The notes below the pieces were generated by a model. The model was not told where the DNA came from and did no database searches. It worked only from the letters and a program-made list of their open reading frames with translations. The position numbers and the translations under genes were made by a program. This document shows, one piece after another, positions 8,696 through 19,707 of a stretch of DNA of 64,000 nucleotides. The DNA lies in NCBI GenBank assembly GCA_013359235.1, contig JABWCE010000004.1, positions 18,931 to 82,930 of the forward strand. Direction: 5' to 3'. Origin of the DNA: Bacteroidota bacterium. GTDB lineage: Bacteria > Bacteroidota > Bacteroidia > NS11-12g > UBA9320. Every line of letters starts with the position of its first letter. Position 1 is the stretch's first letter.

Positions 8696-11503
8696 ATGCA
8701 AGAAGGAAAAACATATAGATTGGTTCAGGTAGCCAAAGAATTGGGAGTAGGAACTCACACCATTGAAGAACATCTGCAAAAAAAAGGAATGAATTTGGGT
8801 GCCAAACTCAACCCAAACTCTAAAATTTCTCAAGATGCTTATGAAATACTGTTAAAAGACTTTCAATCTGACAAAAAAGCTAAAGATCAATCAAAAAATA
8901 TAGAGGTACAGATGAAGAAAGACCGCGAACCTGTTACCGGTCCTAAAATCGTAAAACCCAAAACTACTTCTGACGAAAAAGAAGAAGAAACTGTATTGGT
9001 TAAAAACCTAATAACTCCTCATAAACCTGTAATAGAGCCTGTAAAAGAAGAAACAAAACCCGAAAAAAAACAAATTGGTCCTAAAGTCGTAGGTAAAATT
9101 GATTTAACAAAAAAATCATCTAAAACCGAAAACACAGAACAAAACAAAGTAATAGCTGAAGAGCAGAAAATTGAAATAACTGAAACAGATGATAAAAAAC
9201 CTGAAATTACACCAGAAACCCAACCCGAAAAAGTTGAAACTGAAGAAAAAGAAATAGTAACTGAAATTATTTCAGATAATGAAACAGAAAAAGCAGAAGA
9301 AGAAACCACACAAAATATTACAACTGAAATATTATCAGAAGATGATAATGTTATAAGAGCAAATGCGCCAAAACTTAAAGGATTATCAGTAAAGGGAAAA
9401 ATAGAAATTCCTCAACCCATAGTTAGAAAAAAAGTAGTTAACGAAGTAGTTCAAAAGAAAAAAAGAATAAGAAAACATACCCCTGAAAAAATTGATACAA
9501 AATCAATAAGTACACATTATACCAAAAAAGCCGATCAAAAAACCGAAAAAGTTCCATTCCAAAGCTCAAAACCTCAAAAGGAGGAAATAAGCAGCAAAGA
9601 AATTCAGGAACAAATGAAACAGACATTATCAAGGCTTGGTTCGCAAAAAGGCAATATACAAGGTGGTAAAATAAGACAAAAAGCCAAAAAAGATAAAAAA
9701 TCAAAATTCCAGACATACAAAGAAGAGCAGGAAATACAAAAAGAAATAGCAAGCAAAAAAATACAAGTTACAGAATTTGTAACAGCAAACGAACTTGCTT
9801 CGCTAATGAACCTAAAAGTAAATGATATAATAACTACATGTTTTTCGCTTGGTATGATGATTTCTATAAATCAGAGATTAGACAAAGAAATAATTACCCT
9901 GCTTGCCGAAAACTTTGGATATGACGTAGATTTTGTTTCGGCTGAAGAACATGTTGAAATTGACGAGGAAAAAGATGATGAAAAAGATTTGAAAGAAAGA
10001 CCCCCTATTGTTACTATTATGGGACATGTGGATCATGGTAAAACATCATTGCTCGATTATATTAGAAATACCAATGTAATAGCAGGTGAAGCCGGAGGCA
10101 TTACCCAACACGTAGCAGCCTATGAAGTAAGCCTTAAAGGTGGCAAAAAAATTACATTTATTGATACCCCAGGCCACGAAGCATTTACAGCTATGCGTGC
10201 AAGAGGTGCAAAAGTTACAGATATTGTAATAATAGTAATAGCAGCCGATGATAGCGTTATGCCACAAACTCGTGAAGCAATTGCACATGCACAAGCAGCA
10301 GGTGTTCCAATAATTTTTGCATTTAATAAAATAGATAAAGAAGGAGCAAATGCAGACAAAATAAGAGAACAACTTTCGGCAATGAGTATTCTGGTTGAAG
10401 AATGGGGTGGAAAATACCAAACTCAGGAAATTTCAGCCAAAAAAGGTTTAAATATTGAACTTTTGCTCGAAAAAGTATTATTAGAAGCAGAATTATTAGA
10501 ACTTAAAGCCAATCCGAACAAACGAGCAAAAGGCACAATAATGGAAACTCATGTTGACAAAGGTAAAGGTGTAGTTGCCACATTGCTTGTACAAGAAGGA
10601 ACATTAAAGGTTGGTGATTTTATTCTTGCCGGAAGCAATTACGGACGTATAAGAGCATTGCTAAACGAAAGAGGTCAAAGAATTCAAAAAGCTGGTCCAT
10701 CAACCCCTGTAAGTGTTCTCGGATTTCAAACTACACCTGCAGCAGGCGATATTTTTATAAAATACGACGATGAACAATCTGCCAAAGAAATAGCAAGCAA
10801 ACGTTCACAGTTGCAAAGAGAACAAGGAATAAGAGCTACAAAACACATTACACTCGAAGAAATAGGAAGACGCCTTGCAGTTGGAGCATTTAAAGAATTG
10901 AAACTTATTGTTAAAGCTGATGTTGACGGCTCGGTTGAAGCACTTTGCGATAGTTTATTAAAATTATCAAAAGACGAAGTTCAGGTTTCGGTAATACACA
11001 AAGGCGTTGGGCAAATTACCGAATCAGATGTTTTACTTGCATCGGCTTCGGATGCAATTATTGTTGGTTTTCAAGTAAGACCGGCTCAAAATGCCAAAAA
11101 ACTTGCCGAAGAAGAAGAAATCGAAATCAAAACTTACTCAATAATTTATCAGGCAATAGAAGAGATAAAAGCTGCTATTGAAGGTATGCTTTCGCCCGAA
11201 ATTGTTGAAGAAATTACCGGAAATATCGAAGTAAGAGAAGTATTTAAAATAACAAAAGTAGGAACAGTTGCAGGATGTTATGTACTTGACGGCAAAATAG
11301 AAAGAAACAACAAACTCCGTATTATTAGAGATGGAGTGGTAATTCACGATGGTGAAATTGCTACTTTAAAACGTTTTAAAGACGATGTAAAAGATGTTGT
11401 AAAAGGCTACGAATGCGGTATTCAGGTAAAAAATTACAACGATATCAGAATTGGCGATTTCTTCGAAACTTACAAGAAAACTGAAGTAAAACGTAATTCT
11501 TAA
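8696..11503 (+). CDS. infB: translation initiation factor IF-2
   Basis: IF2 N-terminal domain, a long K/E-rich low-complexity linker, GTPase G1-G4 motifs ([24 protein letters not shown]) and C-terminal beta-barrel domains. Confidence 0.95.
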   Translation: MQEGKTYRLVQVAKELGVGTHTIEEHLQKKGMNLGAKLNPNSKISQDAYEILLKDFQSDKKAKDQSKNIEVQMKKDREPVTGPKIVKPKTTSDEKEEETVLVKNLITPHKPVIEPVKEETKPEKKQIGPKVVGKIDLTKKSSKTENTEQNKVIAEEQKIEITETDDKKPEITPETQPEKVETEEKEIVTEIISDNETEKAEEETTQNITTEILSEDDNVIRANAPKLKGLSVKGKIEIPQPIVRKKVVNEVVQKKKRIRKHTPEKIDTKSISTHYTKKADQKTEKVPFQSSKPQKEEISSKEIQEQMKQTLSRLGSQKGNIQGGKIRQKAKKDKKSKFQTYKEEQEIQKEIASKKIQVTEFVTANELASLMNLKVNDIITTCFSLGMMISINQRLDKEIITLLAENFGYDVDFVSAEEHVEIDEEKDDEKDLKERPPIVTIMGHVDHGKTSLLDYIRNTNVIAGEAGGITQHVAAYEVSLKGGKKITFIDTPGHEAFTAMRARGAKVTDIVIIVIAADDSVMPQTREAIAHAQAAGVPIIFAFNKIDKEGANADKIREQLSAMSILVEEWGGKYQTQEISAKKGLNIELLLEKVLLEAELLELKANPNKRAKGTIMETHVDKGKGVVATLLVQEGTLKVGDFILAGSNYGRIRALLNERGQRIQKAGPSTPVSVLGFQTTPAAGDIFIKYDDEQSAKEIASKRSQLQREQGIRATKHITLEEIGRRLAVGAFKELKLIVKADVDGSVEALCDSLLKLSKDEVQVSVIHKGVGQITESDVLLASASDAIIVGFQVRPAQNAKKLAEEEEIEIKTYSIIYQAIEEIKAAIEGMLSPEIVEEITGNIEVREVFKITKVGTVAGCYVLDGKIERNNKLRIIRDGVVIHDGEIATLKRFKDDVKDVVKGYECGIQVKNYNDIRIGDFFETYKKTEVKRNS

Positions 11504-11520
11504 AATTTATTTCAAACAAA

Positions 11521-12555
11521 ATAAAAAATATTAGAGACCTTTCGGTTGAAGATATTTCTGAATATCTTAAATCGCACAATCAACCGGTTTTTAGAGCTAA
11601 ACAAATATATCAGTGGCTTTGGCATAAAAGAGCCTCTGCTTTCTCCGAAATGAGCAATATACCAATTGAAATAAGAGAAAAACTGAGTAATGATTTTGAA
11701 TTAAAACCTTTAAAAATATTAAATTCTTTTAAAAGTGCTGATGGAACTATAAAAGTTGCTTTCGAACTTTGGGATGGCAATATTGTTGAGGGAGTGTTAA
11801 TTCCATCTGCCGACAGAATTACAGCTTGTGTAAGCAGCCAGGTTGGATGCAGTTTGAATTGCAGCTTTTGTGCCACCGGTTATCTACCATACAAAAGAAA
11901 CCTTGATGCTGGTGAAATATTTGACCAAGTGTATTTGCTAAAAAAATTAGCCTTAGAAAAAAATAACATTAACTTGTCAAATATAGTATTTATGGGCATG
12001 GGCGAGCCTTTGCTCAATTATTCAAACCTTTTAAAAAGTATAGAACATATTACCAGCCCCGTTGGTTTGGCAATAAGCCCACAAAGAATTACAGTGAGTA
12101 CTTCGGGTATTGCAAAAATGATAAAAAAGCTTGGCGATGACAATGTGAAATTTAATCTTGCACTTTCTCTGCACTATGCTGATAATGATAAACGCACATC
12201 AATTATGCCCATCAACGAATCAAACAACCTTGAAATGCTTGCCGAAGCCCTTGAATATTTTTATTCAAAAACCAAAACAAGAGTTACCCTTGAATACTGC
12301 ATGATTTCAGAAATAAACGATACTGAACAAGATGCACTTAACCTTGCAAATTTTGCCCGAAAAGTAAAATGTAAAATAAACCTTATAGAGTACAACCCAA
12401 TAGATAATGCACTTTACAAACCATCAACCAATATAGCTACACAAAACTTTATAAAAATATTAGAACAAAAAAAACATATAGTAAATTTACGCCGCAGCAG
12501 AGGTAAAGATATTAATGCAGCATGTGGACAGCTTGCAAACAAATTGTTAAAGTAA
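11521..12555 (+). CDS. rlmN: 23S rRNA (adenine2503-C2)-methyltransferase RlmN (radical SAM). The N-terminal boundary is uncertain because no canonical start codon exists.
   Basis: Radical SAM CxxxCxxC (CSLNCSFCATG), the conserved N-terminus FRAKQIYQWLW and MGMGEPL. The homologous N-terminus extends upstream of the first ATG (11650) to the infB stop, with no ATG, GTG or TTG in frame. Confidence 0.8.
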   Translation: MKNIRDLSVEDISEYLKSHNQPVFRAKQIYQWLWHKRASAFSEMSNIPIEIREKLSNDFELKPLKILNSFKSADGTIKVAFELWDGNIVEGVLIPSADRITACVSSQVGCSLNCSFCATGYLPYKRNLDAGEIFDQVYLLKKLALEKNNINLSNIVFMGMGEPLLNYSNLLKSIEHITSPVGLAISPQRITVSTSGIAKMIKKLGDDNVKFNLALSLHYADNDKRTSIMPINESNNLEMLAEALEYFYSKTKTRVTLEYCMISEINDTEQDALNLANFARKVKCKINLIEYNPIDNALYKPSTNIATQNFIKILEQKKHIVNLRRSRGKDINAACGQLANKLLK

Positions 12556-12559
12556 AAAA

Positions 12560-13441
12560 ATGAAAGTTTTCAGTTTTCTGATTTATTATTTTCTACTTAT
12601 ACCACTTTCGTTGTTGCCGTATAGTGTTTTATATCTATTTTCAGATTTACTTTACTTTTTACTTTATAAAATTTTTAATTACCGCCAGAAAGTAGTAAGA
12701 AAAAACCTTAAAAATTCATTTCCCCTTTATTCAAAAACCCAAATTGCAGAAATTGAGAAAAAATTTTATTCTCATTTTTGCGATATTATTGTAGAAAGCA
12801 TTAAACTTTTTACTATATCCGAAAAACAACTTTCGGCAAGAATTTTGTTTGCCGATAGAGAATTAATAAACGACTTGTATAAAAAAAATAAAAGTATAAT
12901 TTTTTGTGGCGGACATTACAACAATTGGGAAATGCTTGGAGCAATAATTCAAAAATACATACCACATACTGCCATTGGAATTTATGCACCATTAGAAAAC
13001 AGTTTTTTCAATAAAAAATTTATCAAAAGCAGAACAAAATTTGGATTAAAACTTCTTTCGATGAAAAAAGTTAAAGAAGGTTTTGAGGAGAACAAAACGC
13101 TACTTACAGCTACTTTTTTTGCAACCGACCAATCACCTACTTACAGCAAAAATGTATATTGGACACAATTTTTAAATCAAGAAACTGCTGTTTATACAGG
13201 TACAGAGTATTTTGCCAAAACATACAACTTCCCGGTTGTGTTTGGATATATTACAAAGACAAAAAGAGGTTTTTACGATTTCAAAGCTGAACTTATTTGT
13301 GAAAATCCAAAATCTACCAAAGTAGGTGAAATTACTGAACTTCACACCCGAATTCTTGAAAAACAAATTTTAAATGAGCCGCAATATTGGCTTTGGACTC
13401 ATAAACGCTGGAAAAGAAAAAAAGAAATAAAAAATCCATAA
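12560..13441 (+). CDS. LpxL/HtrB-family lysophospholipid / lipid A acyltransferase
   Basis: N-terminal membrane anchor, a basic patch (YRQKVVRKNLKNSFP) typical of Kdo2-lipid IVA lauroyl/myristoyl transferases, and a length of 293 aa. Confidence 0.7.
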   Translation: MKVFSFLIYYFLLIPLSLLPYSVLYLFSDLLYFLLYKIFNYRQKVVRKNLKNSFPLYSKTQIAEIEKKFYSHFCDIIVESIKLFTISEKQLSARILFADRELINDLYKKNKSIIFCGGHYNNWEMLGAIIQKYIPHTAIGIYAPLENSFFNKKFIKSRTKFGLKLLSMKKVKEGFEENKTLLTATFFATDQSPTYSKNVYWTQFLNQETAVYTGTEYFAKTYNFPVVFGYITKTKRGFYDFKAELICENPKSTKVGEITELHTRILEKQILNEPQYWLWTHKRWKRKKEIKNP

Positions 13442-13514
13442 AAATCATTTACCAAACTTTATAATTTAGCATTTATTCCTTACGTTTGAATTAAATTTAA
13501 AACTCATAATTGTT

Positions 13515-16500
13515 ATGTTAAAAAAAATAACATATTTATTTATTTCATTATTTCTGTTTTTTGATATTGCTTTTTCGCAGGATATGAAGCCTTTGAATAA
13601 AAAAACTCTTGAACAGGCTGATTCGTTCACCGCCCTTTACCAGAAAGACTGGCAAGATACTTTCAGAAAACAAGCACTCGATTTGTATTTTGATGTAATT
13701 ATTTATGAGAGAAAACAAACACCGTCTGATACAGCAGCACTTGTTCATTCATATTACATGGTTGGTTATGTTGATATGATTTGGGGAGAATACAAATGGG
13801 GTATGGAAGCATTTGAAAAAATGCTTAAATATTGCAAAACAGAAAAGTACAGAGAATTTAAAAATAAAGCCTTACCCTATATGGGATATTGTATAAAACA
13901 AACAAGATTAAAAAATTATACTTTCGATATCCCTGAATTTAAAAAAACCCAAAGAAAAGAATTTTATTTTCCTATAACACATGTTTTTGATAAAACAAAT
14001 GATACACTTACAGTAAAAATAAACTTTGGTACTTATGATGGTATCGGGCTTGGAGCCTATGGTATTGTAAAAGGAGCGGATAATGATTACACAAAAGACC
14101 ATGGCTCAAAATTCTTGGGGTATTGCGAAGTAACTGATATTGCCGAAAGTCAGGCAATATTAAAAATATTTAATTTTCAAGGTACAGACTCAAACAGTAT
14201 GGTTTATGAAAACGATATTGTAAAACTCCCTATAATGTTTCCCAAAAGGTTTGAAGACCTGATAACAGAATGTTTAAAATACAATGTGGTATTTTATAAC
14301 CGCGATGGATATCATTTTTACGATTACCGCCAGTGGTATATGTATGGCAGCGATTCTCTTTTTGAAGATATACTTCAAGCTATGACTTATGATATAAACC
14401 AGAGTTACTTTAAATTTCAGAATAGTGATATAGAAGTATTAAAAAAAGTAATAGAAAAAGGTAGGTTTCAAGGGCAAACTTTGCTTGAAGTTTTTAAAAA
14501 TACAAAAAAAATTGATGTAAAAAACTTTATTAGTTATGCTTCGTACTATGCCGCTTCATATTTTGGTTTAAATTCTCTGATATCAAAATATGCCGATTGG
14601 GCATTGTCTGGTTGCCCGGTGAGTTACGGAGAATTTTTTGATGCTATAGATGCCGCTAAAACCGATGCCGAACTTAAAGCAATTGCCGAAAAATATAAAA
14701 CAGCAACCGAAAAAGGCGATTATTTTACATATCTTGGAAATGATGAAGAAGATCTTGTAGACAACGAGCAAAAAGAAAGAGGCTTTAAACTTAACAGAAA
14801 ACATACAATAGTAGCCGAATATATGAATATGCCCGTGCAAATTGGCTGGAGTTATTTCTTTAAAGCCAGAATGCACAATTTGATAGGCGACGACGACTCT
14901 GTTATTTGGGCATATACAAAAGGCATTGAATATTTTAAAAAGGCAAAAGATATAAAAGGAGAAGGGTTTTGCATAGGTAATATCGCTGCAAAATATTACG
15001 ACCTTGAAAACTACAAAAAAGCTTTAATATACTATCGCGAGAGTTATGCAATGAAAAGCAAAATTACCGATGTAGATTCTTCAGAGTATTACAAAGGGCT
15101 TGCAATAGCACTGCATGGCATGGCAGATTGCTTTTACAATTTAAACGAGTTTGATTCATCATTGAAAACCTATAACAAATCAACAATTTATTATATAAAA
15201 ACAAATACTGTTGATGCAAGATCACGTTCGTTAAGTACTTATAAATACATTGCCAAAATACTAAAGAAACAAAGCAAATACCCCGAAGCATTCAAAACTT
15301 ACGAAGCACTTCAGTTAAGGTATAAACAATTGGGCGATCAAAAAAATGTAGCAGAAACTTATGATGATTTAGCCGATGTTTTATTTAGTTTAAATGATTA
15401 TATAAAATCAGCCGATTATTATAACAGAGCATACAAGCTAAAATTGAGTTGGAATGACAAAGCCGGCGCAGGTTATTCAAAGGCTTCTGTGGGACAGGCG
15501 TTGTACAATTTAGGCGAATTTGACCTTGCAATTGCCGCTCATGATACAGCCCAAAAACTACGTGCAGAAGGCGATGACCAATCCGGAGTTGCTTACTCTC
15601 TAAAACAAATGGGGGCTTTGTACTCTGAAAATGGCGATTACACAAAAGCAAACGAATATTATGACAAAGCTTATAAAATATATTCAGAACTCGGGTATAA
15701 TGCAAGTATGGCATCTGTAAAAAGTTCAAGAGGTGCACTTGACAAAAAAATATCCAATTATATTTCGGCACTTAACAATTATTTAGAAGCTTTGAGTCTA
15801 TATACAAAAGTTAATGATAAAATAGAAATTGGGAACACTTATTACAATATTGCTTCGGTTTATGGTAAACAAAATAAAATAAAGACAGCATTAAAATATC
15901 TTGATACAGCAATAAAAATTCAATACGAAACAGGCGATTTATCAGGGCAATTGTACACCTTGCTTTATCAGGGCAGTTTGATTGAAATTGAGTATAAAGA
16001 CAATGCCAAAGCAATGACATTTTATAAAAAAGCTCTTGAAATTGCCAAACAAACTGCAAGCCCTTATAATATAGCTACCTGTCAAACATCAATAGGTGCA
16101 TTGTACTCAAATATGGGTCAATACTCAAAAGCCAAACCCTATTACGACAGCAGTTACAGAATTTATGTAAAAATTTTAGATAAATTACAGCAAACTTATG
16201 CTTTAGTAAATTTAGGATATTACTATTGCAATATTGGTAATTTTACCGAAGGTGAGAAATATTTTAATAAATCATTGGCTTTAGCCATTGAAATTAAAAA
16301 TAACAATGCACAAGCAAATGCCTACAGTTCGCTTGGTGGTATTGGACGTATTACAGGACAATTTCAACAGGCAATTTCATATTTGAATAAAAGTATTGAA
16401 ATATATAAAACAAGTGATAATCCATGGGGTATAGCATCATGCTATATTGATTTAGGTAATATTCAAAATGAACTTTCAAAGTATAGCGATGCCGTAGCAT

Positions 16501-18653
16501 ATTACAACAAGGCTGATAGCATATACAAAGCCATAGGTAATGAATATTTCCGCTCTACTCCGCTGAACAATGCCGGAACTATCTTTTATCATCAGGGCAA
16601 CTATGACAGTTCGCTTAAATACTTTATGCCGGCTCTCGATATTGTCAAAAAAATGGATCCCGAAAGTGATTTTGTAAACCTTATTACTATAAACATAGGC
16701 GAAGTGTTTGTTGAACAAAAAAAATATGACGAAGGTGAAAAATGGCTGAAAAAAGGACTTGAAAACTCATTAAAACGTGAAGATAAAAGAAACAAAGGAA
16801 TTGCTTACAGGATTTTAGCCAAATACAATATTGAAAAGAAAAATTATAAAGAAGGCGAAATGCAGGCTTTTAAGGCTTATGAATATATTGGAGATTCGGG
16901 AGAAATAGAACAAAAAACAGACAATTACAACCAAATAGGAAGAGTAAAATATGAACTAAACGATTACAAAACAGCAATTGAGTGGTTTGATAAAACAATT
17001 AAAACTTCTGAAGCAGTAGGGTTTGTAAAATATCTTTATCAGGCATATTATTATAGCGCATTGGCTTACGATAAGCTAAACCGTAAAGATACCGCACTTA
17101 GAAGAATAAAACGCTCAATTGAAATACTTGAAAAAATTACAGGAAATATTGCAGGAGGTGCCGAAGCCAAAAAACTTTTTACAACCGGCGATTTACAACA
17201 ACGGATGTACGAAAAAATAGTAGAATGGCTCTTAGAACAAGGAAAAATTGAAGAAGCAATTACCTACCTCGAAAAAAGCAACAATGAAGCATTGAACTCT
17301 AAATTTAAACAACTAAGAGGTAATAAAGCTGAAGTAAACTCTGAAACTCAAAAAATATTAAGTGAAGCAGAAGAAAAGCAAAAGTCTCTTGAAAAAATTA
17401 ATGCTGAATTGATAAAAGAAAAATCAAAACCCGAAGACCAGCAGAAAAAAGATTTGATAAAAAAACTTGAAGAATTTCAACAAATAAGCCAGAAAGAATA
17501 CAACAAATTTTTTAAAGATTTAGTAAAAAACAATCCTAAAATTCAGCTTTATCTCAGCAATAGTGTAAATCCTGAAGATTTTAAAGAACAGAGAAAAAAT
17601 ATAGCACCCGATATGGGAGTACTACTTTATATGATGGCTGAAAAAAATTTATATATTTTTTGCGCCACTCGTGATTCGGTATTTGCAAAAGTTGTAAAAA
17701 TTGACAGCAAAGAATTGAGCAAAAAAATTATGTTAGCCTACAACCTTGTTAGAAATCCAACATATCTGCCTACTACAAGGCGTGGATCGAAACCTGTAAA
17801 TACACCAAAAGTAGATAACCCCGAAAAAGTGCTTAACCAAACAAGTGCCGAGCTTTACAGTATATTAATAGAACCATTAAAAAAAGAAATTGAAGGTAAA
17901 AAAAGACTTGTTATAATCCCCAATGGCGATTTGTTTTATTTACCATTTCACGGTTTGATTTCAAAACTTGAAAACAATAAAATTTCATATCTTATGGACG
18001 ATTATACTATTTTTTACAGTAACCGTCTTAGTTTCATTGGAAGTACACAATCTGTTGATTTATCAGATTTCAGGCTTATGGCAGTAGGCAATGCCGATAA
18101 AAGTTTGCCAAATGCCGAAGTAGAAGTAAACGACATAAAGAAAATGTTTCCTTCTTCAATAATTTTAATTGGTGAAAAAGCCACAAAAGACGAGTTGATT
18201 ACACAATCAGAAAATTACAACATTTTGCACTTTGCTACTCACGGAATATTAGATTACAACAGTTTTGACAGTTCGTACCTCGTACTTGCCCCAAACAAAA
18301 GCAAAGGAGACAATGGACACTTTACTTTGAATGACATTTCAAATCTGAATAAAATTGATGAATATCTACTTGTTACACTCTCGGCTTGTGAAACTGCAGT
18401 AAAAAATGACCTTGTAGAGGGTTATCCCCAAACTACTGCATCAGCATTTCTCAAGGCGGGTGTTGAATCTGTAATTGCTTCTCTATGGCAGGTTGATGAT
18501 AAAGCTACAAGCATATTGATGAAAAAGTTTTACGAAAACCTTTCTACAATGAACAAAGTGGAAGCTTTGCACAAAGCACAGATAGATTTGAGCAAAATGC
18601 CAGGTTTTAGTCATCCATTTTATTGGGCTCCTTTTGCGTATTACGGAAAATAA
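13515..18653 (+). CDS. Secreted 1712-aa TPR-repeat protein with a C-terminal CHAT (caspase-like HetF-associated) peptidase domain
   Basis: Signal peptide MLKKITYLFISLFLFFDIAFSQ. Tandem TPR-like repeats span roughly aa 450-1200, followed by a coiled-coil K/E-rich linker. The C-terminal CHAT domain carries a His (HFATHG) and Cys (LSACETA) dyad. Confidence 0.8.
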   Translation: MLKKITYLFISLFLFFDIAFSQDMKPLNKKTLEQADSFTALYQKDWQDTFRKQALDLYFDVIIYERKQTPSDTAALVHSYYMVGYVDMIWGEYKWGMEAFEKMLKYCKTEKYREFKNKALPYMGYCIKQTRLKNYTFDIPEFKKTQRKEFYFPITHVFDKTNDTLTVKINFGTYDGIGLGAYGIVKGADNDYTKDHGSKFLGYCEVTDIAESQAILKIFNFQGTDSNSMVYENDIVKLPIMFPKRFEDLITECLKYNVVFYNRDGYHFYDYRQWYMYGSDSLFEDILQAMTYDINQSYFKFQNSDIEVLKKVIEKGRFQGQTLLEVFKNTKKIDVKNFISYASYYAASYFGLNSLISKYADWALSGCPVSYGEFFDAIDAAKTDAELKAIAEKYKTATEKGDYFTYLGNDEEDLVDNEQKERGFKLNRKHTIVAEYMNMPVQIGWSYFFKARMHNLIGDDDSVIWAYTKGIEYFKKAKDIKGEGFCIGNIAAKYYDLENYKKALIYYRESYAMKSKITDVDSSEYYKGLAIALHGMADCFYNLNEFDSSLKTYNKSTIYYIKTNTVDARSRSLSTYKYIAKILKKQSKYPEAFKTYEALQLRYKQLGDQKNVAETYDDLADVLFSLNDYIKSADYYNRAYKLKLSWNDKAGAGYSKASVGQALYNLGEFDLAIAAHDTAQKLRAEGDDQSGVAYSLKQMGALYSENGDYTKANEYYDKAYKIYSELGYNASMASVKSSRGALDKKISNYISALNNYLEALSLYTKVNDKIEIGNTYYNIASVYGKQNKIKTALKYLDTAIKIQYETGDLSGQLYTLLYQGSLIEIEYKDNAKAMTFYKKALEIAKQTASPYNIATCQTSIGALYSNMGQYSKAKPYYDSSYRIYVKILDKLQQTYALVNLGYYYCNIGNFTEGEKYFNKSLALAIEIKNNNAQANAYSSLGGIGRITGQFQQAISYLNKSIEIYKTSDNPWGIASCYIDLGNIQNELSKYSDAVAYYNKADSIYKAIGNEYFRSTPLNNAGTIFYHQGNYDSSLKYFMPALDIVKKMDPESDFVNLITINIGEVFVEQKKYDEGEKWLKKGLENSLKREDKRNKGIAYRILAKYNIEKKNYKEGEMQAFKAYEYIGDSGEIEQKTDNYNQIGRVKYELNDYKTAIEWFDKTIKTSEAVGFVKYLYQAYYYSALAYDKLNRKDTALRRIKRSIEILEKITGNIAGGAEAKKLFTTGDLQQRMYEKIVEWLLEQGKIEEAITYLEKSNNEALNSKFKQLRGNKAEVNSETQKILSEAEEKQKSLEKINAELIKEKSKPEDQQKKDLIKKLEEFQQISQKEYNKFFKDLVKNNPKIQLYLSNSVNPEDFKEQRKNIAPDMGVLLYMMAEKNLYIFCATRDSVFAKVVKIDSKELSKKIMLAYNLVRNPTYLPTTRRGSKPVNTPKVDNPEKVLNQTSAELYSILIEPLKKEIEGKKRLVIIPNGDLFYLPFHGLISKLENNKISYLMDDYTIFYSNRLSFIGSTQSVDLSDFRLMAVGNADKSLPNAEVEVNDIKKMFPSSIILIGEKATKDELITQSENYNILHFATHGILDYNSFDSSYLVLAPNKSKGDNGHFTLNDISNLNKIDEYLLVTLSACETAVKNDLVEGYPQTTASAFLKAGVESVIASLWQVDDKATSILMKKFYENLSTMNKVEALHKAQIDLSKMPGFSHPFYWAPFAYYGK
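17650..18653 (+). other. CHAT peptidase-like domain of the TPR protein (approximate bounds)
   Basis: Motifs RLVIIPNGDLFYLPFHGL ... HFATHG ... LSACETA ... WQVDD. Confidence 0.6.
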
Positions 18654-18660
18654 AACAATA

Positions 18661-18691
18661 AAAAAAACTGCCGTTTATTACGACAGTTTTT
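18661..18691. terminator. Bidirectional intrinsic terminator between the TPR-CHAT gene and the cold-shock gene
   Basis: AAAAAAA-CTGCCGT-ttatta-ACGACAG-TTTTT, an imperfect 7-bp stem with an A-run and a T-run on the flanks. Confidence 0.5.
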
Positions 18692-18737
18692 AAATAAAAA
18701 TATTTAAAGTAAGTTTTTGTTTACGATTTAAATAATT

Positions 18738-18929
18738 TTAAGCTCTTCTGACATTAATAGCCGAAGGTCCCCTTCTGCCATCTTGTACATCAAAAGTAAC
18801 CTGGTCATCTTGAGAAATTTTGTCAATCAAACCATTAGCGTGTACAAAAATTTCCTGGCCGTTTTCGTTGTTTTTGATAAAGCCATAGCCTTTTGATACA
18901 TTAAAAAATTTTACAGTTCCTGTGTTCAT
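18738..18929 (-). CDS. cold-shock protein (CspA family)
   Basis: MNTGTVKFFNVSKGYGFIKNNENGQEIFVHANGLID matches the RNP1/RNP2 cold-shock domain. A roughly 170-nt 5' UTR is typical of csp genes. Confidence 0.9.
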   Translation of the reverse strand: MNTGTVKFFNVSKGYGFIKNNENGQEIFVHANGLIDKISQDDQVTFDVQDGRRGPSAINVRRA

Positions 18930-19102
18930 TAGTAAATAAATTAAAAATTGATTATTAAAAAATAAGCGACAAATTTAGTCTTATTTTATATCATAAAATC
19001 TAATTTCTAAAAATTTAATTTTTATTTTAATAACAATTGATTGAAATGGTGTTTTTAGACAACTTTCAAAAATGTAATTTTGAAAAAAATTATATAAAAT
19101 AA

Positions 19103-19687
19103 ATGGACTCTGAAAAAAATTATTTTGCTCACACGTCTTCATATATTGATGAAGGATGTAATATAGGAGAAGGTACTAAAATATGGCATTTCAGCCATAT
19201 TATGAAAGATTGTACCATTGGCAAAAATTGTAATATTGGTCAAAACGTTGTGATATCTCCTCGGGTAATTTTGGGCAATAACGTAAAAATTCAAAACAAT
19301 GTAAGTGTATATACCGGAGTAACCTGCGATGACGATGTTTTTTTGGGGCCAAGCATGGTTTTTACTAATGTAATAAATCCACGAAGCGCTGTAAACAGAA
19401 GAGATAGCTATCTAAGAACAAAAGTAGGCAAAGGGGCAAGCATTGGTGCAAATGCAACTATAGTTTGCGGAAACGATATTGGAAAATATTCATTTATTGG
19501 AGCTGGTGCTGTAGTTACAAAAAATATACCCGATTACGCTCTTGTGGTTGGAAATCCGGCAAAACAAATAGGGTGGATTAGCGAATACGGACATAGGCTT
19601 AATTTTGGTAATGATGGTACAGCTATTTGCCCTGAAAGCAAAGAACAATATAAACTGGAAAATGGAAAAGTTTCAAAAATTTCCTGA
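19103..19687 (+). CDS. left-handed beta-helix (hexapeptide) sugar N-acetyltransferase (WlbB/WbpD/PglD-like)
   Basis: Hexapeptide repeats throughout, about 190 aa, adjacent to galE. Confidence 0.65.
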   Translation: MDSEKNYFAHTSSYIDEGCNIGEGTKIWHFSHIMKDCTIGKNCNIGQNVVISPRVILGNNVKIQNNVSVYTGVTCDDDVFLGPSMVFTNVINPRSAVNRRDSYLRTKVGKGASIGANATIVCGNDIGKYSFIGAGAVVTKNIPDYALVVGNPAKQIGWISEYGHRLNFGNDGTAICPESKEQYKLENGKVSKIS

Positions 19688-19707
19688 AAATTAATTTTAA
19701 TTTTAAA

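Noticed and set aside
9019-10420. Antisense ORFs inside infB (9019-9309, 9438-9752, 10046-10420, 10120-10359)
   Set aside because: They lie on the opposite strand of a clearly conserved IF-2 coding sequence. Their low-complexity, Cys/Phe-rich translations are artefacts of the K/E-rich codon bias.
13515-18653. TPR-CHAT protein as part of a type III-E CRISPR (Craspase/Csx29-like) or other defence system
   Set aside because: There are no cas genes, no CRISPR repeats and no defence-island neighbours. The protein has a secretion signal peptide, so a cytoplasmic Craspase-like role is unlikely.
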